From the NCBI RefSeq assembly GCF_036659295.1, contig NZ_JAVXCU010000004.1, positions 16,149-80,148 of the forward strand: a stretch of 64,000 nt of DNA, written 5' to 3'. The notes below the pieces were generated by a model, which made no database searches, was not told the DNA's origin, and worked only from the letters and a program-made list of their open reading frames with translations. The position numbers were made by a program, and so were the translations under genes. Of this stretch, positions 1-10,500 are shown piece by piece. Source of the stretch: Brevundimonas sp. GTDB taxonomy: Bacteria; Pseudomonadota; Alphaproteobacteria; Caulobacterales; Caulobacteraceae. The stretch's first letter is position 1, and the number at the start of each line of letters is the position of its first letter.

Positions 1-1061
1 AGGCCGCCGATGGTCGAAACCGTCGCCATGCCAGCGGCAACCAGAACCAGCGCAATCGTCAGATCGGAAACCAGATAGGCCCCCAGCAGCAGAGGCAGCT
101 GGATAATGGCCGAGGCCAGCACGATACGAACCGGCGCATCGGCGTGGCCCTTCTTGGCCGAGCGGTCGGACAGCACGCCGCCGATCGCCAGACCGATGGT
201 GCCGAACACACCGATAATGATGCCGAAGGCCAGACCCAGTTGTGCGGGCGGCATGGCATGGGCGCGGGCAAAGTGTGCCGGTGCCCACAGCATGGCACCA
301 TAGGCGGCAATCACCAGAACCGAATAACCGAAGATGACGCCGCCAAAGGCCAGCTTGTGGCTCTTGGCCAGCTCGAATACGGCGCTGAGCGGCGGCGCTT
401 TGACATTGCCGCGACGGCGCGGGGCCTCGCGTACGGTCAGCACCATCAGGATCGCCAGAGGAATACCCAGCAGACCCACAGCCACAAAGGCCAGACGCCA
501 GCCGGTCAGATCACCCCAGGGTAGCGGCACCGAGGTCTTCATCGCCCAGCCCACCAGCATACCGCCGAACAGCATGGCCACGCCGCCACCCAGCGACACG
601 CCCATATTGTAGAGGCTGACGGCAAAGCCCATCCGTTTTTTCTCGAAGCGGTCGGCAATGGTGGAATAGGCCGCAGGCGACAAGGTCGCCTCGCCGATAC
701 CGACCATGGCGCGGGCGGCCAACAGGGTCATGAAACCGGCGGCAAAGCCGCTGACGGCGGTGGCCGCGCTCCAGCCCAGCACCCCGAAGACGATCAGGTT
801 GCGACGGTTGCCGCTATCGGCCATCGAACCGAACGGGATGCCCATTATCGAATAGAGCAAGACGAAACCAAAGCCGACCAGAAGGCCGACCTGTGTGTCG
901 CCAAGGCCCAGATCGGCACGGATCGGGTCGATCATCAGGCTGATCAAAACGCGGTCCATAAAGGACAGCATATAGGCCAGCATCAGAACCAGAACGACAT
1001 AGATCGCATAGCGCGACGAGGTGCCGGTCTTTTGTTCGGGGGTATGCGAGGCAGCGGTCAT
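1..1061 (-). CDS. MFS transporter (C-terminus cut by the window edge)
   Basis: Absent from the ORF track because no stop lies in the window. Reverse translation from ATG 1061-1059 reads MTAASHTPEQKTGTSSRYAIYVVLVLMLAYMLSFMDRVLISL...ARAMVGIGEATLSPAAYSTIADRF and stays open to base 1. It is multi-TM and MFS-like. Confidence 0.8.
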   Translation of the reverse strand, partial: MTAASHTPEQKTGTSSRYAIYVVLVLMLAYMLSFMDRVLISLMIDPIRADLGLGDTQVGLLVGFGFVLLYSIMGIPFGSMADSGNRRNLIVFGVLGWSAATAVSGFAAGFMTLLAARAMVGIGEATLSPAAYSTIADRFEKKRMGFAVSLYNMGVSLGGGVAMLFGGMLVGWAMKTSVPLPWGDLTGWRLAFVAVGLLGIPLAILMVLTVREAPRRRGNVKAPPLSAVFELAKSHKLAFGGVIFGYSVLVIAAYGAMLWAPAHFARAHAMPPAQLGLAFGIIIGVFGTIGLAIGGVLSDRSAKKGHADAPVRIVLASAIIQLPLLLGAYLVSDLTIALVLVAAGMATVSTIGG

Positions 1062-1104
1062 CCGCGGTCTCCTGTGTAGAAAAAGGTCACTAGGGGGCCA
1101 CGCA

Positions 1105-1512
1105 TCAGGCGCTGGTCACGGCTTGTTCGCGCCAGATCTGAAGAGGGGCAGAATCGAAATATTCTTCCAGACGAATGATCTGCCCGTCCTTGACGGTGCA
1201 GACCAGTACGGCGGGCAAAACCAGCAGCGGGCCGTTTACATGCACGGCATGCAAAACATGCTGCTGCACATAGCCGTCGGCGGTCACACGCACCTTGCGG
1301 TCCTGATAATCGCGTGACGAGGTGCGGCCGATAAAGCCGGTCAGAACCTCGATATTGGCGTCGCGGTCCACCGCCTGACCGAGTGTGTTCAGCCAGATGC
1401 GCGCATCGGGGTGGTAGCAGGCCTTGACCGTGTCGGTGTCACCCTTCTGGATCGCCGCGATGAAACGGTCGGCGAGGGCGAGGATAGCGGCTTCGGAAGC
1501 GGTTGCTGTCAT
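1105..1512 (-). CDS. SnoaL/NTF2-like small protein
   Basis: 135-aa ORF (ADRFIAAIQKGDTDTVKACYHPDARIW...). Size and pattern fit the NTF2 fold. It lies 4 nt downstream of the lactonase-like gene on the same strand. Confidence 0.55.
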   Translation of the reverse strand: MTATASEAAILALADRFIAAIQKGDTDTVKACYHPDARIWLNTLGQAVDRDANIEVLTGFIGRTSSRDYQDRKVRVTADGYVQQHVLHAVHVNGPLLVLPAVLVCTVKDGQIIRLEEYFDSAPLQIWREQAVTSA

Positions 1513-1516
1513 GGTC

Positions 1517-2434
1517 CTATCCGTTGAACGCCAGCTTCAGACCCGCTGTGTCCCAGCGCGTCTTGTAGAGGATGCCGGTCGAGGAGGCCGTCACCCATGC
1601 ATCCTTCATATCGGCACCGCCAAAACAGATATTGGTGGTGATGAAGTCCGGAATAGGCACTTCCTGCTGGGCACCGCCCGGCGAGATGATGGTGATGCGG
1701 CCATTGACGCCGGTGGCCACGCAGACATCGCCAGTGGCCTGAACCGCCAGACTGTCGAACGGCTGATAGCCGGGCAGGGTCAGGATCAGGCGGCCGGGCA
1801 TATAGGAGACTTCCGGTGCCTTCAGAACGCCCGGTTCGCTGATGTCATAGGCCCACAGGCGACCCGTCCAAGTCTCGGCGACATAAAGGACGCTCTCGTC
1901 GGGCGACAGGCCACAGCCGTTTGGCCATGACAGGCGGTCGCGCTGGCGCGAGATAAAGCTGCCATCGATCTTGGCGTAATACAGCGCACCATAGTCGCGG
2001 GTGGTGTCGTTTTCCTTGCCCAGATCGGTGAACCAGAACCCGCCCTGACGATCGAACACGATGTCGTTGGGGGCGCTTAAGGGACGACCGTCGCATTCGG
2101 TATAGATGACTTCGACGGTGCCGGTTTGCAGATCGACAGCCTGAATACAGCCACCGGCATAGTCGGCCGCCGCGCCGTGCGGGACCATGATGCCGCCCTC
2201 CAGATCGATCCAGCCCAGCCCGCCATTATTGCAGACATAGACGCGGCCATCGGGCCCGATGGCCGCCCCGTTCGGGCCACCGCCCAGTTCGGCGATAACT
2301 GTGACCGTACCGTCGGGGGCCACGCGGCTCAGGGTCTTGCGACGGATTTCGACCAGAATGACCGAACCATCGGCCATGGCGATTGGACCTTCAGGAAATT
2401 GCAGGCCGGTGGTGACTGTTTCGAGTGGCATCAA
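1517..2434 (-). CDS. SMP-30/gluconolactonase/LRE family protein
   Basis: 305 aa. It has GLQFPEGPIAM at the N-terminus and repeated propeller-blade motifs (PNGxA, WFTD, PDES). Confidence 0.8.
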   Translation of the reverse strand: MMPLETVTTGLQFPEGPIAMADGSVILVEIRRKTLSRVAPDGTVTVIAELGGGPNGAAIGPDGRVYVCNNGGLGWIDLEGGIMVPHGAAADYAGGCIQAVDLQTGTVEVIYTECDGRPLSAPNDIVFDRQGGFWFTDLGKENDTTRDYGALYYAKIDGSFISRQRDRLSWPNGCGLSPDESVLYVAETWTGRLWAYDISEPGVLKAPEVSYMPGRLILTLPGYQPFDSLAVQATGDVCVATGVNGRITIISPGGAQQEVPIPDFITTNICFGGADMKDAWVTASSTGILYKTRWDTAGLKLAFNG

Positions 2435-2515
2435 GGATGCTCCTGAGGGAAAGCCAAAGACGTTTAGAGAGCCAGGACAGGGCGCTGTGGATCACACAGC
2501 GCCCTACTCGGAAAA

Positions 2516-3664
2516 TCAGACGATGGGGTGGTTGGGGGCGAGGCCGAAATGGTGGCGGCCCACCTGTTCACGCGAAATGTCCCAGTCCCAGAAGGCATGC
2601 GATGTCACGGTGGACAAGTCGCGCCAGTACCGCTGCAAGGGCTGGTCGTGGTGGTAGTTCGACGATCCCGCATTGGCCATCATGTTCTGGATGACCTGAC
2701 GACCGGCATTGGCCAGATAGCCTGCCGAGCCTTTGAGGGCGATCCGGTCGCTCATCTCGAAGCCGGTCTGGATCAGGGCCTCGGTGCGGGCGATATGGGC
2801 GCGGCCCAGAATGTCGATCGCCTGCGTGCCGGTCTGCATTTCGCCCAGCACGATGTGGGTGTGCTGCTGGTCCTTGACGACGGTGCCCGAGAAGTTGCGG
2901 ACGCGGCGGTCAACAATGTTCTCGAACGACTTCAGCGCGCCTTTCAGGCCGCCTGTCAGAACCGGCACAATGGTCGCAAAAGCCATCGGCACCAGTGGCA
3001 CACTATAGATCGGGTTCGCGTGGATGACCGAGCCTTCGGTGCGACCGTTGCGCAGGTCCACGCCGTCCAGCGACATGTGGTGCGGAACAAAGACATCATC
3101 GACGATGATGTCATTGGAGCCGGTACCGGCCATGCCGGTGAAATGCCACACATCGTCAACCGTGACTGACGAGACGGGCATGATGAAGCTGCGCGGTTTC
3201 TTTTCAGGGGTCATCCCCGAAACCATGACCCAGTCGGCATGCATAATGCCCGAACCCCACGGTGCGCGGCCCGAAATCTTCCAGCCGCCTTCGACGGGTT
3301 CGGCCTTCATGGTCGGCGCGGTGGCGGCAGGCATCATGACAAAGCCCCGCGCGCCGAACAGTTCGTCCTGTGCCGTGGGGTGCAGTTTGGCGGCATAGAG
3401 GTTGTGGCCGATATAGAAGGCCGCAATCCACGCCGTCGAGATACAGCCCTGGGCGATGGTATCGACGACCTCGTACATGGTCTTCAGATCGGACTCAGCA
3501 CCACCCCAGCGCTTGGGAACCAGCATCTGGATCAGACCTGCATCGATCAGGTCGCGCATATTGTCGTCGTGCGGGCGGCGAAGAGTTTCGGTCTCTGCTG
3601 CACGGGCCTGAATGGCGGGCAGGAGGTCGCGGGCGCGTCCGATAAGTTCTGCGGAGGTCGTCAT
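2516..3664 (-). CDS. Acyl-CoA dehydrogenase-fold flavin-dependent monooxygenase
   Basis: Track ORF 2516..3856 trimmed to ATG 3664 (MTTSAELIGRARDLLPAIQARAAETE...). It resembles the oxygenase components of two-component ACAD-like hydroxylases. Confidence 0.7.
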   Translation of the reverse strand: MTTSAELIGRARDLLPAIQARAAETETLRRPHDDNMRDLIDAGLIQMLVPKRWGGAESDLKTMYEVVDTIAQGCISTAWIAAFYIGHNLYAAKLHPTAQDELFGARGFVMMPAATAPTMKAEPVEGGWKISGRAPWGSGIMHADWVMVSGMTPEKKPRSFIMPVSSVTVDDVWHFTGMAGTGSNDIIVDDVFVPHHMSLDGVDLRNGRTEGSVIHANPIYSVPLVPMAFATIVPVLTGGLKGALKSFENIVDRRVRNFSGTVVKDQQHTHIVLGEMQTGTQAIDILGRAHIARTEALIQTGFEMSDRIALKGSAGYLANAGRQVIQNMMANAGSSNYHHDQPLQRYWRDLSTVTSHAFWDWDISREQVGRHHFGLAPNHPIV

Positions 3665-3732
3665 AGTATGCTCGATTTTAGGTCTGGCCGAACGAAAAGG
3701 ACCGGCCCTGCAAAGGACCGGTCCGGATCCGT

Positions 3733-5910
3733 TTAGAAGGTGAAGCTCAGGTCCACGCCGACTTCGCGCGGAGGCTGGTACACACGGGCTGCCAGCAGCG
3801 GCCCGACGCCGAAGGTGTTGTTGATGATCACCTCGTCCGTCAGGTTTTTGCCCCACAGGCTGACACGCCAGCGGCCATCGGGCAGTTCCAGTGCAATGCT
3901 GCCGTCAACAATGGTGTTGGCCTTGCGCACGGCAAAGTCGGACACGGCGTTCAGAGCATTGAAGCTGGTGTACATGTCGCTCGCATAGCGGGCGCTGGCT
4001 TGCGCCGTAACCTGACCGAAGTCGTACATCTTCTTGTAGTTCAAGGTGACGCTGTTGCTCCACTCGGGGGCATAGGTCATCGGCAGGTTGCTGCGGTCGA
4101 TCAGGCCCAGACCATCACCCAGATCGGCGGTGAAGTCGTCGAAGGCGGCGTCCAGATAGCCTACCGTTGCCGTCAGGGTGAGGGCGTCGGTGAGCAGGGC
4201 GGTCGCTTCGGCTTCAAAGCCGGTGATCGACGCGCTGCCGACATTGGCCACCAGGGTCTGGTTGATATTGGTGCCCGGGATCAGCTGCTGGACACTTTGT
4301 TGCATGTCCTTGTATTCGCTGGTGAAGGCCGAGGCGTTCAAGCGCAGGCGGCGGTTGAACAGGTCGCTCTTCACACCGATTTCGAACGAATCCACAGTCT
4401 CGGAATCATACGGACCAACCGCTTCGAACGAGCCGGCACGACCGTTGAACCCGCCCGCACGGAAGCCGCGCGAATACTGGGCATAGGTCATCAGGGTGTC
4501 GGACCACTTGTAGCTGATGCCGAATTTCGGCGAGAAATCGTCGAAGCTGGCGTCAAAGGTCTTCGAGTTCGGATAGAACAGCGGCTGGGTGGTGAAGGTC
4601 TTCTCTTCCTTGCTGTAGCGGCCACCGGCCGTCAGCGTCAGGTTCGGGATGATCTCGTAATCGGCTTGACCGAACAGAGCCCAGGAATCGGCCTTCTGGG
4701 TGGTGTGGATCACATCACCTGCGTCCGGACCCCCGAACACCAGACCAAACTGGCCGGTGCCGATTTCATACTCCTGCGTCATGTAATAGGCACCGACCAC
4801 ATAGGTCAGCGGGCCTTCGCTATTGGACGACAGGCGCAGTTCCTGGCTGAACTGCTCGTGGGTTTCGTCGCGATGGACCGTCATGAACTTGATCGGCGTC
4901 GAGTCGAAATCGCTCAGGACATTGGTGTCGGTCTTGCGATAGCCGGTGATGGAGGTCAGCTTGACCGCACCCAGATCCCAGTTCGCATTCAGCGCCAGGC
5001 CGTAGGCTTCCAGATTGGAGAAAACGTCGTCGCCAATGTGGGTCAGGTAGGGCTTGCCATCAGCATCGGCAGGCTGGCCAAAGCCGGGCAGGACCATGCC
5101 GGGCAGGCTGGCATTCTCGGTGCCGGGGCCGGTGCCCTCGTCCTTGGTGTAGTCCACGATCAGGGTGGCATCGAAATTAGCTGTCGGCGTCCACAACAGG
5201 GCACCGCGCATGGACGTTACGTCCTGCGCACCCATGTCGCGACCGTCGAAATTCTTGACATAGCCGTCATAGGACTTGGCCAGCAGCGAGAACTTGCCTG
5301 CCAGCGTGTCGTCGATCAGCGCGCCTTCAACACCGGCGCGCAGTTCCTGACGGCCGTTCGAGCCGAAGGTCAGCTGGCCACGGGCACCAAAATCGAAGGA
5401 CGGGCGACGCGACTGGACGCTGACGACACCGCCGATGGTGTTGCGGCCATATAGCGTGCCTTGCGGGCCGCGCAGGATGGTGACGCCGCCGACATCGAAG
5501 AAGTCCTGAACCGCGCCGACGTTGCGCGACAGATAAACGCCGTCCAGCTCTACGCCGACCGACGGCTCGAAGCTGGATTCAACGTCGGCAAAGCCCAGAC
5601 CACGGATGTAGAAGGCGCTGGCGAACGGGTAGGCACCGACCGGAGCCAGCACCACGTTGGGGATTTTACCGTCGAGGCTGACAAGGCTTTCGACCTTGCT
5701 GTCCTGAAGGGATTCCATGCTGAAGGCGCTGACCGCGAGCGGCACTTCCTGCAGCCGCTGCTCGCGGCGCTGGGCGGTGACGACGATGTCTGCAACCGCA
5801 GCGGTCTGTTCTTGGGTATTGTCCTGCACGGCATCGGTGGATGCCATTGCCGGGGTCGCCAATACGGTGGCCATAACGACCCCGCATTTCAGCCAATTCG
5901 AGTACCTCAT
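3733..5910 (-). CDS. TonB-dependent receptor
   Basis: 725 aa. It has a signal peptide, a plug region (IVVTAQRREQRLQEVPLAVS), a beta-barrel-like repeat composition and a C-terminal ...DLSFTF. Confidence 0.9.
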   Translation of the reverse strand: MRYSNWLKCGVVMATVLATPAMASTDAVQDNTQEQTAAVADIVVTAQRREQRLQEVPLAVSAFSMESLQDSKVESLVSLDGKIPNVVLAPVGAYPFASAFYIRGLGFADVESSFEPSVGVELDGVYLSRNVGAVQDFFDVGGVTILRGPQGTLYGRNTIGGVVSVQSRRPSFDFGARGQLTFGSNGRQELRAGVEGALIDDTLAGKFSLLAKSYDGYVKNFDGRDMGAQDVTSMRGALLWTPTANFDATLIVDYTKDEGTGPGTENASLPGMVLPGFGQPADADGKPYLTHIGDDVFSNLEAYGLALNANWDLGAVKLTSITGYRKTDTNVLSDFDSTPIKFMTVHRDETHEQFSQELRLSSNSEGPLTYVVGAYYMTQEYEIGTGQFGLVFGGPDAGDVIHTTQKADSWALFGQADYEIIPNLTLTAGGRYSKEEKTFTTQPLFYPNSKTFDASFDDFSPKFGISYKWSDTLMTYAQYSRGFRAGGFNGRAGSFEAVGPYDSETVDSFEIGVKSDLFNRRLRLNASAFTSEYKDMQQSVQQLIPGTNINQTLVANVGSASITGFEAEATALLTDALTLTATVGYLDAAFDDFTADLGDGLGLIDRSNLPMTYAPEWSNSVTLNYKKMYDFGQVTAQASARYASDMYTSFNALNAVSDFAVRKANTIVDGSIALELPDGRWRVSLWGKNLTDEVIINNTFGVGPLLAARVYQPPREVGVDLSFTF

Positions 5911-5970
5911 TGATCCCTCCTCGAGTGTTCTTGTTATTGGAGGGGAGATTGAGGTTATGTCAGTTTTTTT

Positions 5971-5985
5971 GTCAAATGATTTGAC
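5971..5985. promoter_or_regulatory. Perfect dyad GTCAAAT-G-ATTTGAC in the AT-rich TBDR upstream region (candidate operator)
   Basis: Read directly from the sequence. It lies about 60 bp upstream of the receptor start at 5910. Extra TGTCA half-sites occur at 5958-5962, 5993-5997 and near 6060. Confidence 0.3.
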
Positions 5986-6232
5986 GTTGATATGTCAAAA
6001 AAACTGATTGATTGATTAAATAATAAATAAGTTACTGTATTTAAATGAAAAAATGTAAGTCAAAAATAGACGCTAGGGCGCGGAATGGTCTGCTGGAAGA
6101 CAGCATTGGCCCGTCTAGCGGACATGTGCGGATGCGAACAAGGCTATATCGTGGCGTGGATGTGAAATATCGGCCATGATGGCCGCCGAGCCCCATGTTG
6201 TGTCTTCTTTATCGAAGAAGCGTCGATTGACC

Positions 6233-7135
6233 CTAGAGGCTGCGTTTGCGGATCAGGCCTTCCTGCGCCACGCTGGCAACCAGTTTTCCGTCACGGCTGA
6301 AGATCTGCCCGCGATTGAAACCGCGCCCGCCCGACGCCGAAGGGCTGTCGGTGACATAGAGCAGCCAGTCATCGGCACGGAAGCTTTCGTGGAACCAGAT
6401 GGCGTGGTCGAGGCTGGCAATCTGGAACTGTTTGTCGAAATAGCTGATGGCGTGGGGTAGACCGCAGGTGCTGAGCAGCGTCATATCCGAGGCATAGGCC
6501 AGCACGGCACGGTGCAGGGTCTGGTCATCGCCAATCGGCGCAACTGTACGGAACCATGATGCATGGCGCGGTTCGGTGGCGAACGGAGCCAGCGGGTTGC
6601 GCGCATAGACGTGGCGGAATTCCAGCGGGCGGGGGCGCAACAGATATTCGCGCAGGGCCGCAGGGATCTTGTCGGCATTGGCCCGCCACAGGTCGGCATC
6701 GCTGACCAGTTCTTCGGGCGGGGTGACCACCGGCATGGTGTCCTGATGTTCGAAGCCGTCTTCGGGAACCTGGAAGGACAGCAGCATGTTCAGGATCGGC
6801 TCGCCGCTTTGCGAGGCGATCACGCGACGGGTGGCAAAGGTGCGCCCGTCATGGTCGCGTGCCACACGGAAGATGATCGGCTTTCCCTCTTCGCCGGGGC
6901 GCATGAAATAGCAGTGCAGCGAGTGGCAGGGGCGGCCCTCTACCGTCATCTGCGCCGCTTGCAGCGCCTGTGCCACCACCTGACCGCCATAGACGCGGCC
7001 CCGTCCCCCCGGCAGCGGCATGCCGCGATAAAGGTCGGTGTCCAGAGTTTCTACCGTCAGCAGGTCAACCAGACCCTCCACGCGCGCCGGTGCGGAGGGT
7101 GACGACGGGTCTTGCGGTGAAGGGATTTCGGTCAT
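6233..7135 (-). CDS. tesB: Acyl-CoA thioesterase II
   Basis: 300 aa. The stretch LDTDLYRG...GRVYGGQVVAQALQAA...HSLHCYFMRPG is typical of double-hotdog TesB. Confidence 0.85.
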   Translation of the reverse strand: MTEIPSPQDPSSPSAPARVEGLVDLLTVETLDTDLYRGMPLPGGRGRVYGGQVVAQALQAAQMTVEGRPCHSLHCYFMRPGEEGKPIIFRVARDHDGRTFATRRVIASQSGEPILNMLLSFQVPEDGFEHQDTMPVVTPPEELVSDADLWRANADKIPAALREYLLRPRPLEFRHVYARNPLAPFATEPRHASWFRTVAPIGDDQTLHRAVLAYASDMTLLSTCGLPHAISYFDKQFQIASLDHAIWFHESFRADDWLLYVTDSPSASGGRGFNRGQIFSRDGKLVASVAQEGLIRKRSL

Positions 7136-7556
7136 CGGACGCTTTGAAAAAAGGTTCGGGGAGAGGATCGGATCATCTGCCCTGATCTGCGCCTTCGCAA
7201 GGGCCTAGCGCGATACGGGACTAGGGCGAGGCAAAACCCGATTGCCGAATTTACGCGCAAAGGCGGGTGTCGCCATTGGATATTTCGTCCAGAACTCGCC
7301 ATTTTTGGACCGTTTTGGGAATAATCTTCGCAGAACAACTTTTGCGAGATATTGAAATAATATGTTTCTAATGAAACTAAATACGGGAATAGGAAGTATA
7401 AATTTATCAAAACGACAATTTTCAGGAAATCATTTTTCAGATTCCATTTGCCATTCGTTGTTCTCTGAATAAGTATTTTTCATCATGGCGTGGAAATTCC
7501 ACAGATTCTGCGTCGGGGGATTTTTGTTGTCAGTAGGACTTAGGGGAGAGACGCGA

Positions 7557-10500
7557 ATGCGCCTCGGGGAACAAATTCATACCGGTCGCAAGGCCCGTCG
7601 TGTCTTGCTGGCAGGGGCCTGTGCCTATGCGGCACTATCGGCGGGTGCTGCCTTTGCACAGGAAGCCCCGCTCGAGAGCAGCGGCGAAGATCAGGTGGCG
7701 CAGGTCAGCGACATTGTCGTGACCGGCTCGCGCATTGCCCGCCGCGACTATTCCTCGAACAGCCCGCTGACCTCGGTTTCGTCGGAAACGATCGAGAACA
7801 CCGGCCAGGTCACGGTCGAAAAAGCCCTGACCCAGATGCCGCAATTCTCCGGTGCGCAGGGGCAGAGCACGGCCGGTTCGTCCTCAACCTCGCTGAACGG
7901 CGGACAGGCCTATGCCAGCCTTCGCGGCCTTGGCTCCAAGCGCACCCTGTTGCTGCTGGACGGCAAGCGTCTGCAACCGTCGAACCCTGACGGCTCGGTG
8001 GACCTGAACATCATCCCCGAAGCCCTGATCGGCAATGTCGAGGTCATCACCGGCGGTGCCTCGACAGCCTATGGTTCGGATGCGACCGCAGGCGTGGTGA
8101 ACTTCATCCTCAAGCGCGACATTCAAGGTGTCACCGTCGCCTCGCAATACGGCATAAGCGACTATGGCGACGGCGAAAGCTTCCGTGTTTCGGTCACGGC
8201 GGGCGACCGCTTTGCCGATGACCGTGGCCGTGCCGTAATCTCGCTCGACTATTCGATGCGCGACGTCGCCTACCAGAACAAGCGCGACTACTATTTCACC
8301 CGCAACCGTCAATCCAATACGGCGATTATCTCGCAAGGCGCGGCATGGTTTGGCAGCAACCGCCCGACGCTGGATGCCATCAATGACGTGTTTGTCGGCG
8401 AGTATGGCCTGAACCCCGTTCTGGGTGCAGGCGGGTTTTATAACGGCCAGATCGGCTTCAACACCGGTGACGACAGCCTGTTCAATCTGGGCGGCGCATC
8501 GCCGGTCATGAACTTCAAGGATCCGGAAACCGACAACCACTTCCTGAATGCCGCTGGCACCAACATGCTGTGGGGCTGGAACAAGGGCCGGATCCAGAAC
8601 GAGAACGAGCGCTATTCGCTGTTCTCGCGCGTCGATTATCAACTGACCCCGACCATCGACTTCTATCTGCAAGGCTCGCTGACCAGCTATGAGTCCGAGG
8701 GCACCTTCAACCCGACACTGGCCGGTCTGGCCTATGCGTTGTCGGCACCGGTGACCAACCCCTATATCAGCAACGAGTTCGCCCATATTCTGGCCTCGCG
8801 CCCGAATCCTACGGCTGATTTCGCGCTGTGGAAGGACCTGGATTTTGCGGGGGAGCGCCTGCAATCCTATGCCTATAACGTCTCGCAGTTCATCGGCGGT
8901 CTGACCGGACAGGTCGGCTATAAGGACTGGACGTGGGAAGCCTATGCCAGCGTGTCCTCGGCTGACTTCGAGAACAAACAGTCCGGTGGCGTAAGCCGCT
9001 CGGCGATCTCGCGTCTGCTCTATAGCCCGACCGGTGGCTCGGAGTTCTGTGCGGGCGGTTTCAACCCGTTCGGTAATCATGATCCGTCTGCCGAATGCGT
9101 GAACTATATGGTGCGCGGCACGACCAATACCAACGAGCTGACCCAGCGCATGGCCGAGGCCTCGGTTCAGGGCGGTCTGTTCGAGCTTCCGGCAGGCGAG
9201 GTGCGCTTCGCGGCCGGTGTCGGCTATCGCTACAACCATTTCGACTTCCGCCCGGATTCCGCACTGGACCAGCCGGACGGCACCAGCGACATCCTCGGCT
9301 ATAGCGAGTTGCGTGCGTCGTCGGGCAATGTCGACAGTACCGAGGTGTTTGCCGAATTTCTCATACCGCTGCTGAAGGATCTGCCCTTCATCCAGTCGCT
9401 GGAAATGGATCTGGGCTATCGTTTCTCGGACTACAGTTCTGTCGGCGGCGTTCACGCCTACAAGGCCGACCTGAACTGGCAGATCAACGACATTGTCCGT
9501 GTTCGCGGCGGCTATAACCGTGCCGTGCGTGCGCCCAGCGTCGGTGAACTGTACTCGCCCATCTCGGCGGCGACCGTGGATATCGGCAACCCCTCGGCCG
9601 CCAATACCAATGGCGATCCCTGCGATGTCCGCTCCAGCTTCCGTCAGGGCCCTAATGGCCAGAAGGTCGCCGATCTGTGCGTCGCACTGGGTGTGCCTGC
9701 GGCCTTGATCGACAGCTATCAGTTCGGTGCCGCACAGGTGTTTGCCCTGACCGGCGGCAACCCCGATCTGGAAGAGGAAACCGCCGACACCTATTCGTTC
9801 GGTACGGTCCTTCAGCCGTCGTTCCACTCGCCGTGGCTGAGCAATATCTCGGCGTCGATTGACTGGTACCAGATCAAGGTGGCCGATGCCGTCGGTACGC
9901 TGGGCGTCGGAAACGGCATCCGTTATTGCTTCAATGACGGCGGCAACAACCCGAACTTCGATCCGAACAACTATTATTGCTCGTTGCAGGATCGCAATAC
10001 CAATGACGGCTACATGGTCAATCCCAGCCAGCCGCTGCTGAATCTGGGCCAGTTCAATGTGACCGGTATCGATGTGCAACTGGACTGGCGTGTGCATCTG
10101 GCGGATGTCGGTCTGGCCGAGGCGGGCAGCATCAGCATCGGTACGGCCATCAGCTATCTGGACAGCTTCGAAATCCAGGCCCTGCCGGGTGCGCCGACCT
10201 TTGACTATGCCGGTACATGGGGCACGGCCATCGAGGCCAATGCCGGTCAGGCCCACCCCGAATGGAAGGCGTCCACCAGCGTCACCTATTCGCGTGACAG
10301 CTGGAATGTCGGCCTGCGCTGGAGACACATGTCGGAGATGATGAACTCTGCCCGCGTCACGTCGCCCAACAGTACGACGCGCGGTGTGGATGCGTATGAT
10401 GTCTTTGACCTGAATGCCCGTGTCGATCTGCCGTGGGAAACGTCTGTACGCTTTACCGTGACCAACCTGTTCAACGAGGCTCCGCCTCAGGTTGGCGATA

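Noticed and set aside
7136-7556. Possible riboswitch in the 420-bp AT-rich leader of the second TonB receptor.
   Set aside because: I could find no recognisable B12-box, TPP or other conserved riboswitch core by eye. It is more likely a promoter or H-NS-like AT-rich region. A covariance-model scan is needed to be sure.
7884-10328. 814-aa ORF antisense to the second TonB receptor.
   Set aside because: It lies entirely inside a well-supported TBDR gene on the opposite strand. Its Arg/Ala/Gly-rich low-complexity translation is typical of shadow ORFs in high-GC DNA.
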